From assembly GCF_033153115.1 (NCBI RefSeq), contig NW_026889758.1:46314001-46378000 (forward strand): a stretch of DNA of 64,000 nt, given 5' to 3'. Position numbers and translations under genes: made by a program. Below, piece by piece: positions 40,018-51,356 of this stretch (position 1 is the stretch's first letter; every line of letters begins with the position of its first letter). The DNA is from Saccostrea echinata. Taxonomy: Eukaryota. The notes under the pieces are model-generated. The model saw only the letters and a program-made list of their open reading frames with translations. It was not told the origin of the DNA and did no database searches.

Positions 40018-40674
40018 ATGGCAGGGGTGGATCCCAATTCTGTGAAAATACAGATATGTCTCCTTGGTCATTCCTTCATTCGTAGACTTTCAGAGTTTAT
40101 GGACTCTAATCCGGATTTTAAAGATCTTAATTTAGATGCAGAAAATTATGAAATAACTGTGTGTGCTAAAGGGGGACTGCGTACAGGTGGACTTCAGTGT
40201 ATGTTAAAAGGAATAACCGGGCATCCCGACATTCATTTCATACAAATAGGTGGGAATGACATTGGTTATTTATCGAATGAGAAGATCGTTATAAACATTC
40301 TCTCCTTTTCTGAGTACCTAACTCAGGGATTGGATTCAAAAAGAGTTATTATTGGCCAGCTTCTAAGAAGAGACCCATCTGTGAGCGTTGCAGGGTACAA
40401 CGATTCTGTTGTTGAAATTAACAGCCTCCTCACACAAAAGACACAGGCACATGAAAGAATATTTTTCTGGAGGCACAGAGGGTTTTGGCAAAACTTGTCA
40501 CACTTGGCAAGGGACGGTGTACACCTCGACAACCCCCCTCTGAAGCATTTGAAGCACGGGGACCCCCCTTCGCCCATGCATAAGTATTGGAGAAGTGTCA
40601 GGAATGCAGTAATTGTGCATTCCTGTCAATTAAGGCCAGTATTAGGTTTTGGTTACAACAACGAAAAACATTAA
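40018..40674 (+). CDS. SGNH/GDSL hydrolase-like ORF of the element
   Basis: LGHSF (block I), AKGG (II), QIGGND (III), DGVH (V). Confidence 0.88.
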   Translation: MAGVDPNSVKIQICLLGHSFIRRLSEFMDSNPDFKDLNLDAENYEITVCAKGGLRTGGLQCMLKGITGHPDIHFIQIGGNDIGYLSNEKIVINILSFSEYLTQGLDSKRVIIGQLLRRDPSVSVAGYNDSVVEINSLLTQKTQAHERIFFWRHRGFWQNLSHLARDGVHLDNPPLKHLKHGDPPSPMHKYWRSVRNAVIVHSCQLRPVLGFGYNNEKH

Positions 40675-40884
40675 TTGTTTGTATGTAAACATATTTGCAT
40701 ATTTGGAGCAGCTTAATTATTCTGTAATCATATGTCCTTTTGTATTTGCTGCAAACTTTTTATAAATACAGGCTAATTGGTGCAACAGGGCCAATTTTGG
40801 TAATATATATTTGTTTTACATATATGTACCTGTTACCACACCATGTGTTCTGCTTATCATGATTTGTCCTTCAATGTTGTTCAG

Positions 40885-41060
40885 TAAAGCATTGATGTAT
40901 AACTGTTCAGTATAACAGTTTTCACTCACTTGATGTTCAGTATAGCATCACCCTATAAATGCTTAGTATAGCATTATAGCATTACCCTTTATATGCTCAG
41001 TATAGCATCACCCTATAAATGCTCAGTATAGCATTATATAACTGTTTAGTATAACAGTGT
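40885..41060 (+). repeat. Short tandem repeats inside the element
   Basis: Repeated cagtatagcatcaccctataaatgct and aactgttcagtataacag. Confidence 0.7.
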
Positions 41061-41585
41061 GGTTCATTGGTGCCTTTATGGCATCACTAGTTGTTCTGTG
41101 TATATGTATAGAGATGCCCAGTATGACATCTGCATGAAGCTGTTCAGTACAACAGTCTTGCCTTTTTTAAGGGGGAGGGGTTGTATAAATGACATTACTT
41201 CGAGTCCTTTGTATACAAATGTAGATGTTTAATGGAACATCACCACCTGTCTGGTCAATAGAACAGTAAACATAAAGTAGGTGTTAAGTACACCTTCTCG
41301 TTAGGGTGGTTCATTATATCGTCTACAGTTCTGTTGTCCATATCTGCAGCCCTTGAAAATTTTTGATTGTTAACTAACATGCTAATCTGCCTATTAGTCA
41401 GGCCTTATGAATTATTTAAGATTGTAAACCAAATGGTTTATGCTTGGTGGGATTTAAACATTATTTATTACATGGGCTGTCAGACGAAATCCAAAAATTT
41501 ATACATTTTACACATTAGCTACAAGTTCATGTAGTTCTTTGTGTGATTATGGGTTCTAAATTCTTTCTAATTTAACACAGGGACA

Positions 41586-42683
41586 ATGCCAAGACAAAAA
41601 AGAGGCCTATCTCAGCCAAAAACAGCACAGCCTTCCAAACGTAAGAGGAGTGCAACAAAAAGCACACCCTGCACTGTGGTAAATGAACAACAAACTGAAA
41701 CCACCTCACCTGCAGCTATGAACACCAATGCCGTTCAGGTTGACTATGTAAAATTGGCAGCGGAGATACTCAAACAACAAAACGCTGCATCTCAACAGAC
41801 TGCACTCATTCGAGATCCATCAGACACCTCAGCTCCATCCCCTTCAGCTCCGTCTACTTTGGCTCTGTCCACTTCAGCTCCGTCCACTTTGGCTCCAGCC
41901 ACTTCGGATCAACCCCCACCGGCTACATCCTCAGCGTCACAGGCTGCGGATCTATTGTCTTTAATTGACAATGTTTTTAGTAGTAAAACAGGTGAGTCAG
42001 TAAGGGAAAAAAATCTACCCACCATCAACATTGCAGACGGCATCCCTTTAGGGGCGGGGATAAGTCAAAAAACAAAACAAAAAATATGGGACAATGAATT
42101 CATTGACCTCATGTCCCTATTACCTAACCAATTTGACGACCCTGTATCAGTTACCATTGGGGCGGGTTCCATCAACTTCCAACATGGCAACAAACCAAAA
42201 TCCCCCTTAACTATTTATCAGTGGACTGATGCCTTCCTCATATTCACCTGCATCTTTCTACAAAAACATCCCTCAGAAGCCCCCAATCTCTTAAAATACT
42301 GCAGTTTAGTTCGAGAGATTTACACTATGTCAACCGATGGGGCTTGGCGTATTTATGATGAAAATTTCCGTCGTTTAAGGCAATCAACAAATCTTCCTTG
42401 GCAAAAACCAGTGGAAGAACTGCGCATCAAAGCGCTTTCAAAATCAAAAGGTCAATATACAAATGATACTTTTCGCAAATCCAGACAGTTCAACAAAGGG
42501 GGGAAAGTCTGCTTTGCTTTCAACAGGGGGGACAAGTGTAAATCCTTCCCTTGCCAATACCCACACATCTGCCAACTATGCAAAGGATCACACGCAAAGT
42601 TCAATTGCAAGGAACTTGCCTACACCAAGCAATTCAAATCTAGCACCACATCTGCCGACACCAGTAAACCTAAAAAACCTTAA
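41586..42683 (+). CDS. Gag-like ORF1
   Basis: KIWDNEFIDL, WTDAFLIF, WRIYDENFRR, C-terminal CFAFN..C..C..H.C..C...H zinc fingers. Confidence 0.9.
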   Translation: MPRQKRGLSQPKTAQPSKRKRSATKSTPCTVVNEQQTETTSPAAMNTNAVQVDYVKLAAEILKQQNAASQQTALIRDPSDTSAPSPSAPSTLALSTSAPSTLAPATSDQPPPATSSASQAADLLSLIDNVFSSKTGESVREKNLPTINIADGIPLGAGISQKTKQKIWDNEFIDLMSLLPNQFDDPVSVTIGAGSINFQHGNKPKSPLTIYQWTDAFLIFTCIFLQKHPSEAPNLLKYCSLVREIYTMSTDGAWRIYDENFRRLRQSTNLPWQKPVEELRIKALSKSKGQYTNDTFRKSRQFNKGGKVCFAFNRGDKCKSFPCQYPHICQLCKGSHAKFNCKELAYTKQFKSSTTSADTSKPKKP

Positions 42684-44220
42684 TTCCTTTCTCTCAGGCT
42701 ATGACACACTAGCCCGCTCAAAATTAGTACAGGGTTTTTCAGAGGGTTTTCACTTAGGTTGTCAAGGTTTCCCTTCTAGTAATATCTCTAAAAATCACAA
42801 GAGCTGTGCCCAGCACCCAGAAATCATAGACTCCTTCATTCAAGAAGGCTTACAAAAAAGTAGGCTAGCTGGTCCGTTTGAATTGCCACCTTTTCCAGTA
42901 TTTAAATCCTCCCCACTGGGGGTTGTCCCAAAATCTGAACCTGGAAAATTTCGCATTATCCATGATTTATCTTATCCAAAAACAAATTCAGTTAATATGT
43001 TCATTCCTCAAGAAAACTCAAACGTAAGCTACGATTCTATTGATAAAGTTGTTGAACTTGTTCAAAAGTTTGGCACAAGAAGTTTGATGGCCAAGTCAGA
43101 CATTCAGGATGCATTTAGAATTGTGCCCATTCACCCTGCAGACTACCATCTCCTGGGTTTTTCTTGGAATGGCAAATTTTACTATGACCGTTGTCTCCCT
43201 ATGGGGGCCAGTAGTTCCTGCCAAATTTTTGAGTCCTTCAGCACTGCTTTAGAGTGGATAATGTATGCAAAATTTGGTGCTCTGGGTATGTCTCACATTT
43301 TAGATGACTTTCTCTTTGTGGGCCCACCTGATAAGTTAAATTGTCGAGATGACTTAACCAATTTCCTGTTTCTCTGTGCAAGGTTGAATGTTCCAATCAA
43401 ACTGGACAAAACAGTTCCTCCTACAACTTGTCTTACAATCTATGGTATAGAGGTTGATACAGTTTCCATGGAATGCCGTTTACCACAAGTCAAAGTAGAA
43501 AAGATTAGAAACAAACTGCATGAATTTCAGGGCAAATCTAAGACCTCCTTAAGAGAAATTCAGTCTCTTATAGGCCTCCTTAATTTTGCTTGCTCAGTTG
43601 TGGTACCAGGCCGAGCCTTTCTACGCCGCTTAATTAATCTTACCTGTAAAATTTCAAATCCCTTTCACCCCATCAACCTTAACAGTGAAGCTCAAGCTGA
43701 TATCAATATGTGGAAATTTTTTATAGATAAATTTAATGGAAAATCCATCTTTCTTTCACAATATTGGGTCACATCAGAAGACATGACACTTTTTACTGAT
43801 GCAGCAGGGTCTATTGGTTTTGCTGGGGTGTTGGGAAACAAGTGGTTTGCTCAAAAATGGCCAAAGGATCTAGAAGACTACCAAATAGCTATTAAAGAAA
43901 TATTCCCTATTGTACTTGCAATAGAGGTATGGGCCCCATTGTTAGGAAACAAAAAAATCTTATTCATGTCTGATAATCAAGCAGTGGTGGACATTATAAA
44001 CAAAACATCATCAAAAGACGCCACTCTCATGAAACTAGTCAGGCGTCTTGTTTTCTGCTGCTTGACAAATAACATATTGTTTAGAGCTAAACATATCCCT
44101 GGCAAACTTAATACTTTAGCCGACAAACTGTCTCGTTTTCAATTTCAGGAGGCTGCCAGCATTGCCCCAAATCTGTCTTCAATACAAACATTCATTCCGT
44201 CTCACTTACTAGAGATCTGA
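42463..44220 (+). CDS. Reverse transcriptase / RNase H
   Basis: SPLGVVPK, RIIHDLS, KSDIQDAFR, LPMG, HILDDFL, TDAAG, IKE, SDNQAVV, HIPGKLNTLADKLSR. Confidence 0.95.
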   Translation: MILFANPDSSTKGGKSALLSTGGTSVNPSLANTHTSANYAKDHTQSSIARNLPTPSNSNLAPHLPTPVNLKNLNSFLSGYDTLARSKLVQGFSEGFHLGCQGFPSSNISKNHKSCAQHPEIIDSFIQEGLQKSRLAGPFELPPFPVFKSSPLGVVPKSEPGKFRIIHDLSYPKTNSVNMFIPQENSNVSYDSIDKVVELVQKFGTRSLMAKSDIQDAFRIVPIHPADYHLLGFSWNGKFYYDRCLPMGASSSCQIFESFSTALEWIMYAKFGALGMSHILDDFLFVGPPDKLNCRDDLTNFLFLCARLNVPIKLDKTVPPTTCLTIYGIEVDTVSMECRLPQVKVEKIRNKLHEFQGKSKTSLREIQSLIGLLNFACSVVVPGRAFLRRLINLTCKISNPFHPINLNSEAQADINMWKFFIDKFNGKSIFLSQYWVTSEDMTLFTDAAGSIGFAGVLGNKWFAQKWPKDLEDYQIAIKEIFPIVLAIEVWAPLLGNKKILFMSDNQAVVDIINKTSSKDATLMKLVRRLVFCCLTNNILFRAKHIPGKLNTLADKLSRFQFQEAASIAPNLSSIQTFIPSHLLEI

Positions 44221-45125
44221 GTGCATCCTCCCAACATCTTCTTCAGGCTGCACTTTCAACATCTTCAAGAGTGGCATACCACAGAAGCTGGCAGCTCTTC
44301 CTCCAGTGGAAACCTTCATTCACCTCATTACCGGTGTCAGAGGTAGATTTGTGCAATTTTATTGGATATCTCTTCTCTGAGAATTATGCCCCATCCTCAG
44401 TATCTTCACATGTCTCAGCAATAGGCTACCTCCACAAAATCTGCAGCTTACCAGATCCCACTGAAAAATTCCTACCCAAAAAACTCCTGAAAGGATGCCA
44501 TGCACTAGTGCCACAGCAGGACACAAGACTTCCAATTACAACGGACATCCTGCGTAAAATTATTCAGGCTATTAACATTGTTGAACCACTCTTAGGTAAT
44601 AGGTTACTACTTAAAGCCTTCTATCTTCTGGCCTTTCAAGCTTTCTTAAGAATAGGTGAACTCGCCACTCGTTCCGCTAACTCTAATCATGTATTACAGC
44701 GTTCTGATGTTAGCTTCAGAGTCTCAAATGGCATCTTATCAGGGGTTACCATTGTTATGAAACATTTCAAGAATAACACTGAGCAGAAACCAGTTACTTT
44801 GCACCTTTCAAACAGCAGTTCCATTACCTTCTGCCCTGTTAAGGCATTGTATGATTACACTACTCACTTTGCTCACACTTCAGGGCCACTTTTTCAATTC
44901 ATGAGTGGGGAACCAGTCACACACCATTTTATAAGCCAGCAGCTATGCAAGTTAGTCTCATTCATTGGCCTTGATCCAAAACTGTACAAAGGACACAGTT
45001 TTCGAATTGGTGCAGCAACTCATGCAGCATCTCTGGGTTTCTCTGAAAACTATATTCAGAAGCTGGGTAGATGGCGCTCGAATGCAGTACGCAGGTACAT
45101 CCGCATATCTTCATTTGATATATAA
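44149..45125 (+). CDS. Tyrosine recombinase (frame open from 44112, no N-terminal ATG; start placed at predicted splice acceptor)
   Basis: FLRIGE, KHFK, CPV, HSFRIGAAT, GRWRSNAVRRY. Confidence 0.92.
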
Positions 45126-46758
45126 CCTCCCAAAATCTATTTAAATCCACACCTGAGTTCAGCATCTGGCTGCTCATTTTTTGTGGATGGCTAGCAGACC
45201 CCTTCCATTCCTGAGTCCAGCATTTGGCTGCTCATTATACCTGCATACTTTATACGAGTCCAGCTTTTTGCTACTTATCTCATTTCCCCCTTCCTTTCTG
45301 TGCTGGTCTAGCAGTTGGCTACCAGAACATAGTTTTGCCATATATTTGTTTTGCAATATTAGAATATAAATTCCTACTTCAAAACACAAGAGACATGGTC
45401 AGCAGTTGGCTGCATGTCTCATATCTATTTTCCCAATGTAATAACCTTGTAAATTTATGAATAACTAAACATTTTTGTAGTATTTTGCTTTCCCTTGCTG
45501 GCTAACCACACTCGAATAGCTTACAGTTGACAATTAATGCCCTTGTTGCTTCAGTATTTGTTATTCATCAGGAACACTTAGTCACAAAACATGTAGCCAA
45601 ATATGTGTAGTTCATGTTTTAGTACTGTTTATATACATGATGGAAAATTACTGTATAAAATTACTGTAATTTACTGTCTGGGTAAAGTTGTTTTCTTTGG
45701 ATTTTCTTTTTTCCTTGTTTGGCGTCTATCCCTCACTGCTTGAGGGCTTGTGGCGCAATTGTTTGGACGCCTCCAAGGATTAACTCATTTATGTTATTTT
45801 TTATGCATATGTATTGTACTCTGATATTTTCACTGCATGTAATTTTCTAGTCAGTCTCAGGGGGATCACACTTGTACCTATCACCTATGTACATGTTTCA
45901 TCTTGTAGTGTTTATTAGGTGATCCCCCTTAATAATTTGTTATACATTTTACTTTACATTTTACCTTATGTCATTCAAATAAATGACATAATCGACAAAA
46001 CTGTATATCTGTGTTGGGTTATTCTTTGCTGCCCTATCAGGCTAATTTCTCATAGGAGGCATAAAACAATATTATCACAGATAATTCAATTTATGCCGCT
46101 ATGAGAAATCTGGTAAATTTTACACCGTCGGATAGTTATGGATTTTTAAACCAATCAAATTCTTTGTTTTTGTTGCGCCATTTCTGCAAAGCCTGTTTAG
46201 TGCAGTGAAAAATAAAACCCACCACCCACCCTTTGCCAAAACTTGTTATATGGGTATGTATATTGTCAATAAGGCATTATGGGTTTGGTCTTGTATTTTA
46301 CATTCTAGTCATAACTGTAGTAGTTTTCAAATACCTTTTTCACATGTTCCATGTGATCGGCGCAATTGTTTGGACGCCTTCGATGTGATCGGCGCAATTG
46401 TTTGGACGCCTCCAAGGATTAACTCATTTATGTTATTTTTTATGCATATGTATTGTACTCTGATATTTTCACTGCATGTAATTTTCTAGTCAGTCTCAGG
46501 GGGATCACACTTGTACCTATCACCTATGTACATGTTTCATCTTGTAGTGTTTATTAGGTGATCCCCCTTAATAATTTGTTATACATTTTACTTTACATTT
46601 TACCTTATGTCATTCAAATAAATGACATAATCGACAAAACTGTATATCTGTGTTGGGTTATTCTTTGCTGCCCTATCAGGCTAATTTCTCATAGGAGGCA
46701 TAAAAAAACATTCCTTAGTATTTATCGACCTAAGTTCATCAAAACAAATTTTACATCC

Positions 46759-47374
46759 CTATAAACACAAAAAGATGGTGAATAAGATTGATGCCATAAG
46801 TGTTGCTGATGTTGCTGTGCTTGCTTCTGATGTTGGTTTGTAATCTTCCTTACAAGTGTCCAAACAATTAGCTTGGCAATTCTCCCGGGCAATCTCTGTG
46901 TTACATGAATCGAGAGCTGTAAACATAGAAAAACGTGTTTGCTGCCTCTTTTCCACAGCTAACTCCCGATAATAAGCCCCCACACTGCCATTTACACATG
47001 GATTTTTCATTGCTTCTGTTAAAAAGGCACGGCATTCTGGGATACATCCTGAGAGCATTTTACAGTTATCGAAGACGGCCTTTATAAAAGCGGCAGTGGC
47101 AGGATGATTATCATCGATAAACGCCGTAGTATTACAACCATTTACAATTATAACTTTATCTCCATAAGCATTTAGAGAGTTCTCGCTTATGTCTTGCCAC
47201 TGTGTACAGGTGGTCAAAGTGAGGTTTTCCATAGGGTGGTAGGTGAGAAATCCCAAACACATTTCGTCATTAGTTGCGTCACCTTTGTACACAGTTCTGT
47301 TCATGTTCATAGAGGAAAATACACACGTCGTGATTATTTCGTCCCCGGGTCTGAACTCGATAGGTGTTGTAAAT
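46759..47374 (-). CDS. Temptin + Cu type II monooxygenase (MOXD1/DBH-like) gene B, last exon
   Basis: ttgtag| FTTPIEFRPGDEIITTCVFSS...GDATNDEMCLGFLTYHP; Cys-rich region; hydrophobic C-terminus. Confidence 0.92.
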
Positions 47375-47392
47375 CTACAATGTAAAAAATAG

Positions 47393-48128
47393 TTTTTAGC
47401 TCACCTGAGCTGAAGGCTCAAATGAGCTTTTCTGATCAGACTTTGTCCGTTGTCTGTAGTCGTCGTTGTCATAAACTTTTCACATTTTCACTTTTCTCCA
47501 GAACCATTGGGCAAATAAATTTCAACCAAATTGGCACAGAGTATTCTTGGGTGAAGGGATTCAAGTTTGTTCAAAAGAAGGGTCACATCCTGTTCCAAGG
47601 GAAGAAAATTTTTAAAAGTAGTGAAAATTGGGTGCTGTAATTTAAAAATCTTCTTCTCAAGAACCACTAGGCCAGAATAGATGAAACTTACCTGAAAGCT
47701 TATTTGACATAATGAATATTCAAGATTGTTAAAATCATGACCTCCAGGAGAAGAGGCAACTATGGGCGATCAAAGTTTAACATAGAAAAACAAAATAGAA
47801 AAGTCTTCTCAAGAACAGCAAAGCCATGATTACTCATATTTATATTGAAGCTTCCTCAAGTAAGTTATATTCAACTTTGTTCAAATCATGAACACTCCCC
47901 CCCCCCCGGGGGGGGGGGTAATGTGGGGCCACGATGGGAAATCAATGCTGTATATATATTAGGAATATATAGGAAAAATCTTTTTAAAAAATCTTCTTCC
48001 CAAGAACAGCAAAGCCATGATTAGTCGAATCTATACGGAAACATCATCAGGCAGTTTAGATTCAAGTTTGTTCAAATCATAACCCTAGGAGGTAGGGTGG
48101 GCAACAATCGGCAATCAAAGTTTTACAT

Positions 48129-48185
<57 letters not shown>

Positions 48186-50431
48186 TAGAATAGCAAATCC
48201 ATGATTAGTCATATTCATATGGAAGCATCCTCAGGTAGTGTAGATTTAAGTTTGTTCAAAACATGACTCCCGTGGGTACTAAGGTGGGGCCACGATGGGG
48301 GATCAAAATTTTACAAAGTAATATATAGGGAAATCTTACAAAATGTTCTTCTAACGAACCCATGATAAGCTATATTGATATGGAAACCTCTTCAGGTACT
48401 GTAGATTCAAGTTTTTTCAAATCCAAACCCTGGGGGAAAATCTTTAAAAAGTCTTCTTTCCAGAACAAAAAAGTTATGATTAGTCATATTGATATGGAAA
48501 CATCCTAAGGTAGCGTAGAATCAAGTTTATTCAAATCATGGCCCTGGGGATAGGAAGGGAGCACATTGGCGATCAAAGTTTTACATAGGAATATTGTATA
48601 ACGGTAGAATTTTTTTTTTTGCAATTTGACCCCTGAAAGGTGGCAAATAAATTTCTTCGTTTTCAATTTCTGCCGTCGCAACATACGACAAAAATTTATT
48701 TACGGGATATGAACACTAGATTCTAAGGATTTGGCAGAACACTGCGATGTTAACGTTTTATAAATTCATTTAAAGACGAGTTAATTAAAGGTGCATGAGA
48801 ACTGGTACTAAGATCTACTACCCTTTTAGTTCTTCGTAATCTATTTTCAAATCCTTTTTTGCCCCCGTAATCGATGATTCGGGGGCATGTAGTTTTTGCC
48901 CTGTCCGTCCGTCTGTCTGTCTGTTTGTCCGCAAAAACTTTAACTTGCCCATAACTTTTGATTGGTTGAAGCTATGACTTTCATATTTCACATTCCTTTT
49001 GACAAGACGTTTCCTTGGGTACCATCATATTTGACCTTTTGACCTTGACCTTGGAGTTTGACCCACTTTTGCAAAATTTTATGAGACTTTAGGCCATAAC
49101 TTTTGAATAGTTGGTACTTGGGATTTCAAACTTCACATGTGTATTTCTTGTGACAAGTCCTTTCTTTGGACACCAAAAACGTTGACCCTTTGACCTTGAT
49201 CCTCGAGTTTGACCTACTGTTAACCTTGGCCATAACTTTTAGTTTGTGCTAGGGCTTTTCATATTTCACATGTGTATTCCTTCTGACATGACCTTCCTTA
49301 GCACACCAAAAACTTTGACCCTTTGACCTTGGAGATTGACCTACTTTAATTTTGAGAAACTTTAACCTAGGCCATAACTTTTGAACAGTTAGTGCTAGGA
49401 TTTTCATACTTCACATGTGTATTCCTTGTGACAAGACCTTCCTTTGGACACCAACAACTTTGACCCTTTGATCTTGACTTTGGAGTTTGACCTACTGTTG
49501 AAAAAACTTTAACCTTGGCCATTACTTTTGAACAGTTGGTGTTAGGGCTTTCATACTTCACATATGCATTCCTTGTGACAAGACCTTACTTTAGATACCA
49601 ACAACTTTGACCCTTTGACCTTGACCCTGGAGTTTGACTTACTTTTGAAAAACTTTAACCTTTCCCATAACTTTTGAACAGTTGATGTTATGGTTTTCAT
49701 ACTTCACATGTATATTCCTTGTGACAAGACCGTCCTTTGGATACCAACAATTTTGGCATTGACCTTGGAGTTTGAGCTACTTTTAAAAAAATTAACCTTG
49801 GCCATAACATTTGAACGTGTGGTTCTAGGGCTTTCACACTTCAGGATGATGTGTATCACTTGTGAAAAGACCTCCGTTTGGGCACCATTTTATCTTGACC
49901 TTGCCATTTTACTTAGTTTGAAAAAACTTTAACCTTTGCCATAATTTTCTAATGGTTGGTGCTAGTGCTTTCATATTTCACAGGTATATTCCTCTAGATA
50001 AGACCTTTCTTTGGGTATCAACGTTTTTGATCTCTTGACCTGGAGTTTGACTTGCGTTTGAGAAACTTTAACCCTCGCCATAAGCTGCCATACGGGTCAT
50101 CAGTGTTTCACAAACACATCTTGTTATTTCATATATCCGTAAACATAATTTTTTTTTAGAATATAGAGTAAGAAGTTATGAAATAACATTCAACCAGGTT
50201 GACTGACATAAGCACGACTTATCAGACTTGCAGGTATAAAATATATGAATCAATATTGAAGAAATATTTTGCGATTGTAATTTTTGCGGATTTGTCCTAT
50301 CCGCGAAATTCCACAAAATTGGACAACCGCAGAAAATACCCCTTGTACGGTATATACGGGGAAAATGCTGACAAAGAGCAGAAGGGCCATAGTGACTCAG
50401 GTGAGCATTGTGGGCCATGGGCCTCTTGTTT
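47393..50431 (-). mobile_element. HINE-like element with nested MITE (~48597-50352) and nested second HINE
   Basis: tttttagctcacctgagctgaaggctca hairpin end and caggtgagc...gggccatgggcctcttgtt other end; reverse of the 35401-36326 family. Confidence 0.75.
48856..50125 (-). mobile_element. HINE-like element, same family as 29592-30860
   Basis: gcccccg..cgggggca hairpin, (tgtc)n, tgaccttgaccttggagtttgac array. Confidence 0.8.
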
Positions 50432-51356
50432 AAAGATACATCTGAATGATGAATCTACTATTTGGGCCCTTTGAATTGATCATTCTGGAAAGGTACGTCT
50501 GACATTGCTTTTCCGTAACACACTACAGTAATTCTATCTCAATGACAAATATCACATATACATTTCTAGGAAGTACGTTGATAAGGGATGTGCAGTGACC
50601 TTGAGCTGAGATCAAAACAGAATATTGTTTGAATTCCTTTTCCAATGAGCTTGTATATTTTTCTCAATCTGGCCCAATTTCATTCATAATTCTTGGGTAG
50701 ATTCCTTGTCCAAGATGTAATCATTCATATCATTCATACGCGTGATTTTGATTCTATTGTCCAAAGTATATACGTATATTTTCCCCTTTTTGGCCCAAAG
50801 TCATCGTCACCCCTATGTGTCTTTTGGATAGAGATGAGCTGTGACTTGTTAATGCAAAGGTTAGGCTTATTACTTAAAACATTTTTATTATGTCATCTTT
50901 CGTGTTTATAATGCATAATTTTAAAGAAATCTTTTCTTGCATGTAAATAAAAGTTCAAAATTTAAACATCACAGACTATGTTTATAATAATTATAGTTAT
51001 ATAACAAAATAAAAAAAAATTCTGGGGACGCACAATTTTTTAATAAATAGTAAAAAATCAAATTAGAGAGTATTCATAGTTCAGTTGTCTAATTATTAAA
51101 ACTCTTTCTTTTGAATTAATTAATGGGTTTCTCTTTCTTTCTTTCTCTCTCAATAATGAAGAAAATATGAAAACATATATATTGAAAAAAAAATTAAAAG
51201 TTAAGTTTGTACAAATTCACATTTCAATATACTTGCACAGCAAATTAGATAAATTTTGTATAATTAACAAACTAGCAAATAAACGTAGTAATTACAAACT
51301 AGTAAATAAATTTTATTTAACTTAGCTGGGCGAGTAATGTGTCAGAATTACCTGGA

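Larger units (their letters stand above)
39691..46705 (+). mobile_element. Ngaro/DIRS-type tyrosine-recombinase retrotransposon, apparently intact
   Basis: Split direct repeats A1 39691-39845, B1 45752-46066, A2 46063-46217, B2 46391-46705. ORFs SGNH, gag, RT/RH and YR; no TSD seen. Confidence 0.95.

Noticed and set aside
40323-40577. Antisense ORFs within the Ngaro element (also 44962..45389, and 45919..46764 ORFs in the terminal repeats)
   Set aside because: No motifs; explained by overlap with real ORFs or terminal repeats.
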